Source: Bacillota bacterium
GTDB lineage: Bacteria; Macinerneyibacteriota; Macinerneyibacteria; Macinerneyibacteriales; DSCS01
Direction of reading: 5' to 3'
Length of the DNA: 64,000 nucleotides
NCBI GenBank assembly: GCA_011048995.1
Contig: DSCS01000029.1
Location: 5,942 to 69,941 of the forward strand
The position numbers were made by a program, and so were the translations under genes. Below the pieces are notes generated by a model, which was given only the letters and a program-made list of their open reading frames with translations, was not told the DNA's origin and made no database searches. This document shows positions 17,867 through 27,948 of this stretch, piece by piece. Position 1 is the first letter of the stretch. Each line of letters opens with the position of its first letter.

Positions 17867-20800
17867 AAAATCTTTTATCCCTTTCCCTGATGACTCTTTT
17901 TATCTTTTTGATTTCACCCGGGACTGAATTACTTGAACCTCTGTATTACGGCGTGGATTACTGGCCGTTAGCAGTCGATATGGATTTTGATTGGGATCTT
18001 TGGAAAACATCTACAGAAGAAAGTATGACATATCAAGGATATGAAGTCATGTCGGAAGGGTTAGTCCCCGATATTAAGATTGCAAAAGATTCGACCATCA
18101 AAATAACAGGACGCAAAAACATCAGTTTTGAAGTCAGTAAAAAGACCTATCCCAATGTTACCGAGCTGGCTGACCCGCTTTATCAGAATGCCGGGGGAAT
18201 CGATCCTGAGATCAAGCAACAGCTGCAGGTAAAAGTGGAGGGGATTATTAAAAACAGAATTTTTATTGATGTGGATTATGATGATACTCAACAATATGAG
18301 AACCGGGAACGTATTTCTGTGGTCTATAAAGGGACAGAAGATGAAATCGTCCGGGAAGTCGCCCTGGGGGATATAACATTAAGTCTTCCTCATACGGAAT
18401 TTATATCATTTAACAGGAATCTTTTCGGCGCTAAAGCGACTCTGGTCATGGGGCCGTATTCCTATTACGGCCTGATTACAAAAGAGGAAGGGGTCACACA
18501 AAGCAACAGCTGGTCGGCTGTCAACCCGATGATCCAAAAAACGACTTATGATACAAACTTCTCCACATCTCCGGTCCGTCTTTCTCTTCAGCAGGGGATC
18601 CCTGGGATTTCTTTGCCTCTTGTGGAAGGCGAGGTCTATCTTTATTACGATGACGGAATCTTCAACGAGGAGGACCAGGGGCGTATTCCCTGCGGGGAGT
18701 TTTATTTCGAACCTCTGATCCCTGTAACGGATTATATGGTGGATCATGAAAAAGGGGAGATCATCATCAAAAAGAGCATGGCGACCACAGGCACTGTGGC
18801 TATGATCTATACTGATGCCAATGCCGTGACCCACGGAAATCCCGATCCGGAAACATTTGATTACGGGGCACTCATTTATTCAAAAAGAAGCGAAGTCGAG
18901 TATCAGGAAATCAGACAATTATTCTTAAAAAGAAATATTTATTTTTTGGGGTCCTCGGACCTTGACGCTTCCGGATTGAGCCTGGAGATCCTCGATTTAG
19001 GGGGGAAGTCAGGTGTGACCGTGACAGCTGAGGATTTGAGTCAAAAGACCTACAGCTATATGCATCTATTCGGGATTGACAGAGATAATGACGGTACGGC
19101 GGATCTAACATTTTTAGATTTCGACTCAGGAGCTTTGGATTTTTCTTTTTATCAGGGAGGAGATGTAAGTCTTGAATCTCTTCAGCCTTTTAACACGCTT
19201 CAGTTTCTCTCAGAGAGCGAGCCATCGGGAATCACCGCTGACCTTCCGCTTTATTTATCGGAAATACGCGCGGAGATCGGAGATGTTCCTTTCATTGAGT
19301 TGATGCAAAGCCTGGACAATAGCGGAATCTATGAAGAGGGTTCTACAGCCCTTCGCAAGTATTCTATTTATACGGAATATTACTCATCGACCCCGGTTTT
19401 TAATTTAAATCAGTTTAATATCATCAGTGGAAGTGAGCGGGTCGTCGTCAACGGGGAGATTCTTTTCCGCGGAAGAGATTATCGTATTGACTATCTCACG
19501 GGGACTGTTGAGATCCTTAATGAGAATGTCATGTCGGCCAATGCTTCCGTGCAGATCACCTATGAATACAGGCCGCTGATGATGTCTAAAAGCAAAACAT
19601 TAGTGGGGAACCGAGTAGAATACAACCCAAATGAAAACCTGAGTGTCGGGGCGACTTACATGGATGAGTGGATGCCCGAATCCAATGATGTGGATATTCC
19701 TCATATGGGTGATGAGACGATGCGTCATCGCGTGTATGGAGCCAATGTCAAATACGATCATATCCGGGATGATTATCATATCAACATTTCCGCTGAAGCA
19801 GCCCGCAGCAATGTCGACCCCAATACCTATGGAAGTGTGTTTATTGAAGACATGGAATCAAGCCAACAGGTCAAAAGCTTGCCCATCGCCAAAGGCTCGT
19901 GGTTTATTGCTTCTCCTCCGGATGCCGTCGCTTCCGAAAACCGTTTTGTGCCGACTTTTTCTGTCAGCGACGGGTCGGTCTTTGATTCATACAATTATTT
20001 TGTTAATGAGTACGTCCCTTTGACAGAGATCAACTCCAATTACGGAACAGGGGATAATATGGTCCTGCGTTTTCGGCAAATGCCGGAAGCCGGTGAATTT
20101 TTTTCTTACGGAACGGTTGTTTCACAAAACGGGATGGATCTGACACAATACAGACAGATCGAGATCTGGTATAAAGCAAACAGCGGGGCTTCCGGGACGG
20201 TTTATTTGGATCTGGGTTATATCAGCGAAGACGCTGATGCAGACGGATTTTTGGATACAGAGGATTTGAATGGCAACATGGAGCTGAATGCGGGTGAAGA
20301 TATCGGCTGGGCCTTTGACCTGGCCGGAACCGTTTATCCTATCGGCAAAGATAATAATGTTCTGGATACTGAAGATCTGAATCGGAATGGAGTTCTTAAT
20401 ACCAATGAATCTGTCGTCCGCTATTCTTTTGACCTGGGTGAAGGAGAATCTCATGAGAGCAATGACTGGAGGGTTTTGACCATTCCGCTCAGTGAGGGCA
20501 CGGATTATGAGACTATTCTCAAAGTCGTCAAACACTTGCGTTTATGGGGAGAAGGATTCAGCAGCGGAACGGAATTTTCTTTAGGGCGTCTGGCTATTGT
20601 CGGCACCGTTTGGCAGGAAGACCAGGTCTACCCTGAGGCCGGCTCTCTGGAGATCAGTTCCATCAGTCAGTATGATGACCCCAATTATATTAACCTGCAT
20701 CATAAAGTCGACAAGGATACCGGCCGGGTTTTGAAAGATGTCTCTCTGGTTATGGACTTTGATATGGTTCCGGGCGTTAATGATGAAAGTTATGCCTTTG

Positions 20801-22881
20801 CACGCAAGGACCTTGGCTCCGGCCGCGATTTTTCTCTTTATAATAAACTGAGGGTCTACTTTTTCCCCAAGGAGACAAACGGTGATTATTCCTTCACGGT
20901 CAGACTGAAAACCAGTCAAGAGGACTATTTTGAAAAGAAACGAACTGTTCTGGCTGAAGACCTGGGGCGTTGGCATTATTTGGAATTTGATATTGCACAT
21001 ATTGACCGGACAGATGCAGAAAGCTCAATTGTGGGAGACCCCAATATTAATGTCATCAACTATATCCATATCGGAGTCACCGGGGAAGACGGCCCTTATA
21101 ACGGTGTGCTTTATGTTAATGATATCCGGCTTGTCGATTCCAGTATTCAGGAGGGGACAGCTAAAACAGGATCCGTTCAAGCCAGTTATAAGAATATCGC
21201 CGGGATGTATTATAAGTATATCGATCGGGACGGGCAGTTTGCCGCTATCGGGCAGTCTCCCGGATATATCAATTCTACCAATCATCTTTTCAGAACGAAC
21301 GTCGACTTAGCGTCCTGGCTTTTGAGTTCAAGCGGTGTCAATCTTCCGGTTAACTTTAATTATGGACAGACCCTTAGTGAGACGGATTCGGGAGTCCTTT
21401 CCGAAGTAAGTTACCGGACTTGGGGACGCACAGAAACAAGGACAATGGGTGTCAGTGCAAAATTTTCAAAGAGACAATGGCCGACTCTTTCTTACTCCTT
21501 TGACAGTTATCAACAGGATGTGGGAAATGAGACACGCCCGCTGGACCAACAGCGGCGCAGTCATAATATGGGCCTTTCTTATGTCCCGCCGAAAGCAGAA
21601 CTTTTAACAGTAAATTGGCTACCTTCGTCTGTTAATGTCAGTTTTAAAAGGGAGAAATCCCATTACCTGAATCTGCTTGAAGAAAATCAGAACAGTGATT
21701 ATAAAAGGCTGACGGAGAGATGGAATTTTAATATGAATTGGCTTCCTGTTCAAGGGTGGCGCACCAGTTTTTCCTTATATCAAACTGAACAATGGGATGA
21801 GTTTGAACATCTTTATACTAAAAATGACAGGCAATCGACTTTGGACAACACTTACAGCAGGACTTTTTGGATCCTTGATCTTTACGGAAAATACAGGGCA
21901 CAATTTCAGGAGAATTGGAGCTATGAAAAAGCGATCAATGCGGGAAACTATAATCTTCGAACCTTTAATCTGACCAGCCTCTATGAAACTCGCCTGACTA
22001 TTCATATGATCCGTTATGCCGGATTTTTGCCCTTTTTTCAAAAAAAATTGGATCTGGTGACGTCATATCAATACGATGAACGGGACTATTATGACATGAA
22101 AGAAGGGGAGGCCCGCAATGGAGTCTTCCTCGGATTGGCCGGCAGCCTTGACGTTGAAGGGGCTCCCGATCTGGAGACGGACGGAGAGCGGTTTTCTTTG
22201 GCAGCTAAAACAGAATTTATCACAGGGATCTCCTTCGATCTGGGCTATGAGAAAAACTTATCGGAGAGCTATAACAAGGGAAACGAAAGCAAGGAAGAAT
22301 CCGTGACATGGCCTGATGCCGTTCTCACTGTAAGCCGCTTTCAGCCAATTCCTTTGCTGAAACACTTCGACCGTCTGGTGGTTTCTCATACTCTGAAATT
22401 TCAGTATAAAGAAAAAGAGACGACGACATACGGTTATTATTCTAAAATTGTAAGTGATGAGACTCTTTTCAGCGAGTGGAGGGTGACCTGGAGCGGGGCA
22501 TTGTCTACGCGTTGTTATTTTCGCAAAAATGTTCAGAACCAGGCCACAGCCATGTATGAGAGGGTCAATGAGCGGGTGGAAGGTTATGTGGATTTCAACT
22601 ACCGTATCAGAAATTCAAAACTTTTGAAAGGTTTCCTGCGCAAAAAAGAGAGCACCGTGAATACTCTGCTGACGTTAGGAGGAACCTTCCGTTACATTGA
22701 TCAGTCTTTTACGACCGGAACGGATTATTACTCGTGGGAATCATCTGTCCGGGGACGGTATGATTTTGGTACGGGAATGTCTTTGGGGGCTCTTTTGGGG
22801 TTTAACCTTTACCGCAGTGAAGTTCCGACTAAGGATTATAATGAAATCAAGTTAGGGGGAGATTTTGAAATCCGTTTTTAA
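17863..22881 (+). CDS. sprA: Giant (1672 aa) secreted outer-membrane protein, most likely a SprA/Sov-family type IX secretion translocon homolog.
   Basis: N-terminal signal peptide. Repeated acidic D-T-E-D-L-N motifs (DTEDLNGNMELNAGED, DTEDLNRNGVLNTNE). Beta-rich C-terminal half ending ...GGDFEIRF with a terminal Phe, a beta-barrel signature. Size and context fit an FCB-group bacterium. Not confirmable without a profile search. Confidence 0.5.
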   Translation: MKNLLSLSLMTLFIFLISPGTELLEPLYYGVDYWPLAVDMDFDWDLWKTSTEESMTYQGYEVMSEGLVPDIKIAKDSTIKITGRKNISFEVSKKTYPNVTELADPLYQNAGGIDPEIKQQLQVKVEGIIKNRIFIDVDYDDTQQYENRERISVVYKGTEDEIVREVALGDITLSLPHTEFISFNRNLFGAKATLVMGPYSYYGLITKEEGVTQSNSWSAVNPMIQKTTYDTNFSTSPVRLSLQQGIPGISLPLVEGEVYLYYDDGIFNEEDQGRIPCGEFYFEPLIPVTDYMVDHEKGEIIIKKSMATTGTVAMIYTDANAVTHGNPDPETFDYGALIYSKRSEVEYQEIRQLFLKRNIYFLGSSDLDASGLSLEILDLGGKSGVTVTAEDLSQKTYSYMHLFGIDRDNDGTADLTFLDFDSGALDFSFYQGGDVSLESLQPFNTLQFLSESEPSGITADLPLYLSEIRAEIGDVPFIELMQSLDNSGIYEEGSTALRKYSIYTEYYSSTPVFNLNQFNIISGSERVVVNGEILFRGRDYRIDYLTGTVEILNENVMSANASVQITYEYRPLMMSKSKTLVGNRVEYNPNENLSVGATYMDEWMPESNDVDIPHMGDETMRHRVYGANVKYDHIRDDYHINISAEAARSNVDPNTYGSVFIEDMESSQQVKSLPIAKGSWFIASPPDAVASENRFVPTFSVSDGSVFDSYNYFVNEYVPLTEINSNYGTGDNMVLRFRQMPEAGEFFSYGTVVSQNGMDLTQYRQIEIWYKANSGASGTVYLDLGYISEDADADGFLDTEDLNGNMELNAGEDIGWAFDLAGTVYPIGKDNNVLDTEDLNRNGVLNTNESVVRYSFDLGEGESHESNDWRVLTIPLSEGTDYETILKVVKHLRLWGEGFSSGTEFSLGRLAIVGTVWQEDQVYPEAGSLEISSISQYDDPNYINLHHKVDKDTGRVLKDVSLVMDFDMVPGVNDESYAFARKDLGSGRDFSLYNKLRVYFFPKETNGDYSFTVRLKTSQEDYFEKKRTVLAEDLGRWHYLEFDIAHIDRTDAESSIVGDPNINVINYIHIGVTGEDGPYNGVLYVNDIRLVDSSIQEGTAKTGSVQASYKNIAGMYYKYIDRDGQFAAIGQSPGYINSTNHLFRTNVDLASWLLSSSGVNLPVNFNYGQTLSETDSGVLSEVSYRTWGRTETRTMGVSAKFSKRQWPTLSYSFDSYQQDVGNETRPLDQQRRSHNMGLSYVPPKAELLTVNWLPSSVNVSFKREKSHYLNLLEENQNSDYKRLTERWNFNMNWLPVQGWRTSFSLYQTEQWDEFEHLYTKNDRQSTLDNTYSRTFWILDLYGKYRAQFQENWSYEKAINAGNYNLRTFNLTSLYETRLTIHMIRYAGFLPFFQKKLDLVTSYQYDERDYYDMKEGEARNGVFLGLAGSLDVEGAPDLETDGERFSLAAKTEFITGISFDLGYEKNLSESYNKGNESKEESVTWPDAVLTVSRFQPIPLLKHFDRLVVSHTLKFQYKEKETTTYGYYSKIVSDETLFSEWRVTWSGALSTRCYFRKNVQNQATAMYERVNERVEGYVDFNYRIRNSKLLKGFLRKKESTVNTLLTLGGTFRYIDQSFTTGTDYYSWESSVRGRYDFGTGMSLGALLGFNLYRSEVPTKDYNEIKLGGDFEIRF

Positions 22882-24964
22882 AACCGTTATTCTTTTCTCT
22901 CTTCTGACTTCTGTTTTTCCGGTTTCAGGACTGGAATTGAAACTGTTTGTCCCTATGCCGCATACTGAGTTGACCTATGAGATCGCCCCCTTAGCCGAAG
23001 ATGAAGAGGCGCACCCTTACCCGGCGGCCTATTTAGGGTATGAGCGTCAGGTGGTCAGCGGGAACTTTAATGGGAGCGGCGATTTCAGCGGGGTTTTGAC
23101 TTTCGGATATACCTGTGATGTTCTCTCTTTTCTTTTTCGTGTCGATGATGACGACATATTGGAAGGGGATACTTTTACTCTGATCCTCTCTCTGGAAGGG
23201 TATGCCGATAAACAGATCAGCTGGAACAGTACCGGACAGATTGAAAAAAAGACAACAGCCGGGATGAACGTCGAATTGAAACAGAAAACACCACGGGGGC
23301 GTATTTACTACATTACACTCCCCTGGGAATCATGGCCTCTTCTTCAGCATAAAGCGTACAAAATGCAATTATGGGTTCAAGATAAGGATCATTGGGGAGA
23401 AAAGACACTTGTCCTTCAGGACAGACCGGCACGGTTGCTCCTGAATCCTTTTGTCTCTTGCGAAAATTTTATTTTGGCTGCCGACCGGTTTTATCTGTGC
23501 CCCGAAGAGACCCTGACTCTTTACGGAGAATGGGCATCTGAAAAAGACTTGCAGCGGACAGTCACCCTTCGGGTCAACGGGCATATCATATCCGAAACGT
23601 TTGCTCTTCATGAAGGCCGGACTCCTTTCGAGTTGGTCCTCGGCCCTGATGACTGGAGAGAAGACAATGTTGTTGAATGGATAACCCCCTCAGGGGGAAA
23701 AAGTTTTCTCTTCGAGGTCTCTCATGCGGGGGGAGATTATATCCCCGTGCGGAGCAAAAGAGACAATGAAAAAAACGAATTTTTACACCGGTTTTCTGCA
23801 CGATTTGAAGGCCCCCTCTTTCGGACGCCCTATGAATTCTTTTTCCTTCCCGGGAGAGATGCGCCTGCCCGCTTGATCGTTACGGATTCCTATGAGAAAG
23901 CTTATGAGATTTTAAAGGCCGGGGAATATGCATGTCCCGGGGACCTTTATGTCTATGTGTTTAGGGATAAGGCTCGTCCGCTGTTTGCTCATGACTTTTA
24001 CTTTTTCTGGGAAGAGAAGTCTATAGGGCTTCTTTTTATTGAAGGGAAAGCAGGGCGGCCCTTCATTGATCTGATCAAGAAAAATCCTCCGGTATTTCGG
24101 CCGGCTGTCCATCTTATCCATTTTGATAACCCGGGAGCCCTTATATATGACCCTGAAATCGACACATTGAGGAGTTACATCGTAACACTTTGGAAAAAGA
24201 GTACAGAGACAGGATTTTCTCTTCCGGATTTTTTCCGTATAAAAACGCTTCCCGACAATGGGACCCTTCAAACGCTTTTCATGTCTTATGAGGAGTCTTG
24301 TGAGCGTTCCGATTCTCTTTTTTTGCGCTCATACTCTTTGGGAAATAACCGGTTGGGCCCCCTGGACGTCTATGAGCTCCTTCACTATAACTTGAATTCT
24401 TTCTCTGTGAGTCTCAAAGCGAATAAGCTTTATGCAGAAAATATCCGTTACTTTACTCTGGTGGTGGACACTGATGTGACAGAGTTGTATCTCAATGGAA
24501 GGGCGTATCATGTTTTTCCGGGCCGGTTGAACCGTTTTGCCTGGGATGATCATAAGGATGTCTGGAGTGTTTTTGTGGGCGAAGGGTTGGCTTTCCCCTC
24601 GGTAAAGGATTTTTTCTCTGCTCCTGTGACAGCATTGGACCAAGAGACGGTTGAAAGGATGAGAAAGGCTATGGGAGCATCTCCTCCTCTGGGCCAGGGG
24701 AATCATCTTCTCTATTGGGGAAGGGAACTGCCGATCGAGGCCGTAAAGGATTTTGACATTACCGTCAAAGACGGACACGTTTTATCCATGAACGGAAACC
24801 CTGTATCCCTTCAGGAGCCGTTTTTAATGGTTTTTCAGAAAAACGGGAAAATGCTTTTATGGATGACGGCTTCTCCTTCGGGGTTTTACTCCTACCCCTC
24901 CAATTACATTGTTCTGGACGATAGTGGCCTGATCCGGAGGTTTGGGGAGGTGCTCCCCCGATGA
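22865..24964 (+). CDS. Exported hypothetical protein (699 aa). Translationally coupled to the upstream SprA-like gene.
   Basis: Signal peptide MKSVFKTVILFSLLTSVFPVSG. 17-nt overlap with the SprA-like 3' end. No recognisable catalytic motifs. Confidence 0.55.
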   Translation: MKSVFKTVILFSLLTSVFPVSGLELKLFVPMPHTELTYEIAPLAEDEEAHPYPAAYLGYERQVVSGNFNGSGDFSGVLTFGYTCDVLSFLFRVDDDDILEGDTFTLILSLEGYADKQISWNSTGQIEKKTTAGMNVELKQKTPRGRIYYITLPWESWPLLQHKAYKMQLWVQDKDHWGEKTLVLQDRPARLLLNPFVSCENFILAADRFYLCPEETLTLYGEWASEKDLQRTVTLRVNGHIISETFALHEGRTPFELVLGPDDWREDNVVEWITPSGGKSFLFEVSHAGGDYIPVRSKRDNEKNEFLHRFSARFEGPLFRTPYEFFFLPGRDAPARLIVTDSYEKAYEILKAGEYACPGDLYVYVFRDKARPLFAHDFYFFWEEKSIGLLFIEGKAGRPFIDLIKKNPPVFRPAVHLIHFDNPGALIYDPEIDTLRSYIVTLWKKSTETGFSLPDFFRIKTLPDNGTLQTLFMSYEESCERSDSLFLRSYSLGNNRLGPLDVYELLHYNLNSFSVSLKANKLYAENIRYFTLVVDTDVTELYLNGRAYHVFPGRLNRFAWDDHKDVWSVFVGEGLAFPSVKDFFSAPVTALDQETVERMRKAMGASPPLGQGNHLLYWGRELPIEAVKDFDITVKDGHVLSMNGNPVSLQEPFLMVFQKNGKMLLWMTASPSGFYSYPSNYIVLDDSGLIRRFGEVLPR

Positions 24965-25407
24965 AGGCTCTGATACAGCGGGTCAGAAGGGCGGATGTCT
25001 CGGTCGGGAAGAACTGTGTCGGTAAAATCGACAACGGACTTCTCATCCTCCTGGGAGTAGCTCCCGACGATACGGAAGGTGATAGTGCGTTTTTAGCACA
25101 AAAGATCGTGAATCTCCGTATCTTTGATGATGAAAAGGGGAAGATGAACCTCTCTTTAAAACAGAGTGACGGAAGTGTTTTGGTTGTTTCCCAATTTACT
25201 CTTTTTGCGGATACTTCAAAAGGCAACAGGCCTTCTTTTACGGGAGCCGCTTTGCCTGAAAAAGCTGAATCCCTGTATAATCTGTTCCTTCAAAAAATAA
25301 AAGAACAAGGGATTGTGGTAGAATCAGGGTGTTTCGGAGCCCATATGGAAATTGCCCTTGTGAATGACGGCCCTGTGACACTCATGCTTGAGAGCGTAAA
25401 ACGATGA
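24961..25407 (+). CDS. dtd: D-aminoacyl-tRNA deacylase.
   Basis: MKALIQRVRRADVSV...SGPVTL and the SQFTL motif. 148 aa. Confidence 0.85.
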   Translation: MKALIQRVRRADVSVGKNCVGKIDNGLLILLGVAPDDTEGDSAFLAQKIVNLRIFDDEKGKMNLSLKQSDGSVLVVSQFTLFADTSKGNRPSFTGAALPEKAESLYNLFLQKIKEQGIVVESGCFGAHMEIALVNDGPVTLMLESVKR

Positions 25408-25988
25408 CCCTTCATTTCATTTTAGGTTCGGCTTCTCCGCGGAGAAAAGAGCTTTTTGAGCGTATGGGACTCTCTTTCTCTGTTTATCCGGTCAATATTG
25501 ATGAAAGTGTTTCTTTTAACCGTAAGCGTCCGGCTGATGTTGTGAAGGAGCTGGCCCGCAAGAAAATGGATGCTCTGAAAAACGAAAATGAATATGATCA
25601 GGATATTTTAGTCACCGCTGATACTCTTGTCTTTTTGAAGGGGCAGGTCTTAGGCAAACCGTCGAACCGGCGCGAAGCGTATGAGATGTTGCGATCTCTT
25701 TCGGGGAAGACGCACTCTGTTTACACCGGAGTATGTATTTGTCCGGGAGCCGGGCAGGTCGCTTTTTATGAAAGGACACAGGTGGACTTTATGCCTCTTT
25801 CCGGAGAAGTCATTGAGCGGTATTTAGATTTCAACGAATATAAAGGGAAAGCCGGGGCTTATGCGATTCAGGGCCGGGGAGCTTTTTTTATTTCTTCGAT
25901 CTCAGGAGACTACTACAATGTTGTGGGCTTCCCCGTTAACGCTTTCATTCGAACCCTTTCCCGGGAATGGGGGATCTCTCTTTTATGA
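25404..25988 (+). CDS. maf: Maf-family nucleoside triphosphate pyrophosphatase.
   Basis: LGSASPRRKELF N-terminus, TADTLV and YAIQG motifs. Confidence 0.85.
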   Translation: MTLHFILGSASPRRKELFERMGLSFSVYPVNIDESVSFNRKRPADVVKELARKKMDALKNENEYDQDILVTADTLVFLKGQVLGKPSNRREAYEMLRSLSGKTHSVYTGVCICPGAGQVAFYERTQVDFMPLSGEVIERYLDFNEYKGKAGAYAIQGRGAFFISSISGDYYNVVGFPVNAFIRTLSREWGISLL

Positions 25989-27286
25989 AAGAGGAGCGTC
26001 TTTTACTGATCCGTCTTTTTTTGAAGTGGGAGAAGTCTCGTTTTCTCAGCCGTCTGATAGAAGGCGAAAACCTTTCTCCCTTTATTCTTTTCCATCTTCG
26101 GGGAGTCATTGAGAACCTTCTTTATATAGACTATGCCTTGAAACAGTATTTGAAAAAAAAGCCGGGGAAAGAAACACAGTGGATTCTTCGTCTGGCCTTT
26201 CACGAGCTCCTCTTCGGAGAGAAATCTCCTGATTATGCCGTTACACATGAAGCCGTCCGTCTGGCTTCACGCCTTGATCCCGGGAAAAAGGGACTCGTCA
26301 ACGCAGTAGTAAGGAATTTTATACGGGACGGGAAAGAAGTCACTCTCCCCGTTGATGAAATGCAAGCGTTATCACTCCGGATGTCACTACCCCTTTGGCT
26401 GACAGAGCTTTTAGAGAAGCAATACGGCCGCCCTTCTTTGGAAAAGGCCCTGCTCTCTTTAAGGAATCGCCGGGATTATGATATCCATATCAATGTTGAG
26501 AAGACTGATCCATTATCTTACAAGGCTCTTTTGGACAAGAGCCGTATTTCTTACGATGAATGGAATGTCGGAAAGGCTGCGGCTTTTCGTGTTCACAGTA
26601 GCATCAGGGCTGATGAGCTGCCGGGATATGAAGAGGGGCTCTTTTTTGTTCAGGACCTGGGTGCCCAGATCGCGGCTTCATTGGCTTTGCCGGTTAAAGG
26701 CCCTTTTTTGGATGTGGGCAGCGCCCCCGGGGGTAAACTGATGTTTTTGGCTCCCGATTTTCAAGGAGAAACCGTTGAAGCTTTGGATATTTCTTCCCGG
26801 CGCCTGGACCGCCTGACACATAATTTTGAGCGTATGGGTTATCCCCTCCCCGGCCTTATTGTGGAGGATTTTTTGAAATATGACCCGCCCGGTGCTTTTG
26901 AAAAGATCTTTTTGGATGTGCCTTGTTCAGGTTTAGGTGTCCTGTCAAAAAAATGCGATATTGCCTATCGCCTGACCCCGGAGAATCTGATGTCATTAAA
27001 AGAGATACAGCAGTCTTTTTTGGAGAAAGCCTTTTCTCTGCTTAAACCGGGGGGCGAATTGATCTATAGTACCTGTACTTTGAATAGGGATGAAAATGAG
27101 GGACAGATAACGGAATTTTTAAGCCGCCATAATTCGGAGGCCTCCCTTGAAGATCTTCAGCTGAGAAAACAATTGAACCATTTGCCCTTTCATGGTATAG
27201 TTTTCAGGCAGGGGTTTTATCAGGCTCTGCCCCCTGATTTCCCGGGTGACGGGATGTTCGGGGCTGTAGTCCGGAGGAGGGGCTGA
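25985..27286 (+). CDS. rsmB: RsmB/Sun-family 16S rRNA m5C methyltransferase (NusB-like N-terminus plus SAM-dependent methyltransferase).
   Basis: FLDVGSAPGGK SAM motif and DVPCSGLGVL catalytic Cys motif. ATGA overlap with the maf stop. Confidence 0.75.
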   Translation: MKEERLLLIRLFLKWEKSRFLSRLIEGENLSPFILFHLRGVIENLLYIDYALKQYLKKKPGKETQWILRLAFHELLFGEKSPDYAVTHEAVRLASRLDPGKKGLVNAVVRNFIRDGKEVTLPVDEMQALSLRMSLPLWLTELLEKQYGRPSLEKALLSLRNRRDYDIHINVEKTDPLSYKALLDKSRISYDEWNVGKAAAFRVHSSIRADELPGYEEGLFFVQDLGAQIAASLALPVKGPFLDVGSAPGGKLMFLAPDFQGETVEALDISSRRLDRLTHNFERMGYPLPGLIVEDFLKYDPPGAFEKIFLDVPCSGLGVLSKKCDIAYRLTPENLMSLKEIQQSFLEKAFSLLKPGGELIYSTCTLNRDENEGQITEFLSRHNSEASLEDLQLRKQLNHLPFHGIVFRQGFYQALPPDFPGDGMFGAVVRRRG

Positions 27287-27931
27287 ATGATGAATAAAAT
27301 ATCCGCCTCCATTTTGAATGCGGATTTTTCCCGTTTGAAAGATGATATCGACTCTGTTCTTCCTTTTATTGATGAAATTCACTGTGATGTCATGGATGGG
27401 CATTTTGTGGACAATATTTCTTTTGGAGCTCCTGTCATAGAACGGATTCGGAGCGCTTTCCCGGAAACGGTTATCGATACCCATCTGATGATTCGAGATC
27501 CCGAAAAATTTAGAACGGATTTTATTGCAGCCGGAAGTGATATTCTTGTTTTTCATTTAGAGGCGACACCCCACGCCTATATTACTCTGAAGCGGATCAA
27601 AGACGCTGGTATTCAAGCCGGGATCTCCCTGACCCCGGCCACGGATATCTCATTGTTGGAGCCTCTGGCATCCCTTTTGGACAGAATATTGATCATGACT
27701 GTTGAACCCGGGTTCGGGGGGCAGTCTTTTATTCCTGAAATGCTGAAAAAAATAAAAAAAGCCCGGACCCTTTTTAAGGATATTGATATTCAAGTCGACG
27801 GCGGGATCAACGAAAAGACATTGCCTTATGCCCTGGAGGCCGGGGCTAATGTCTTTGTCGTGGGCTCTTATCTTTTTAGTCATGAAAATAAAAGCGAAAG
27901 AGCTGCACAGTTGTGCTCTTTATTAGATTAA
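27287..27931 (+). CDS. rpe: Ribulose-phosphate 3-epimerase.
   Basis: SILNADFSRL, CDVMDGHFVDN and the VDGG motif. 214 aa. Confidence 0.85.
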   Translation: MMNKISASILNADFSRLKDDIDSVLPFIDEIHCDVMDGHFVDNISFGAPVIERIRSAFPETVIDTHLMIRDPEKFRTDFIAAGSDILVFHLEATPHAYITLKRIKDAGIQAGISLTPATDISLLEPLASLLDRILIMTVEPGFGGQSFIPEMLKKIKKARTLFKDIDIQVDGGINEKTLPYALEAGANVFVVGSYLFSHENKSERAAQLCSLLD

Positions 27932-27948
27932 CCATTAAAGGAGGGGTT

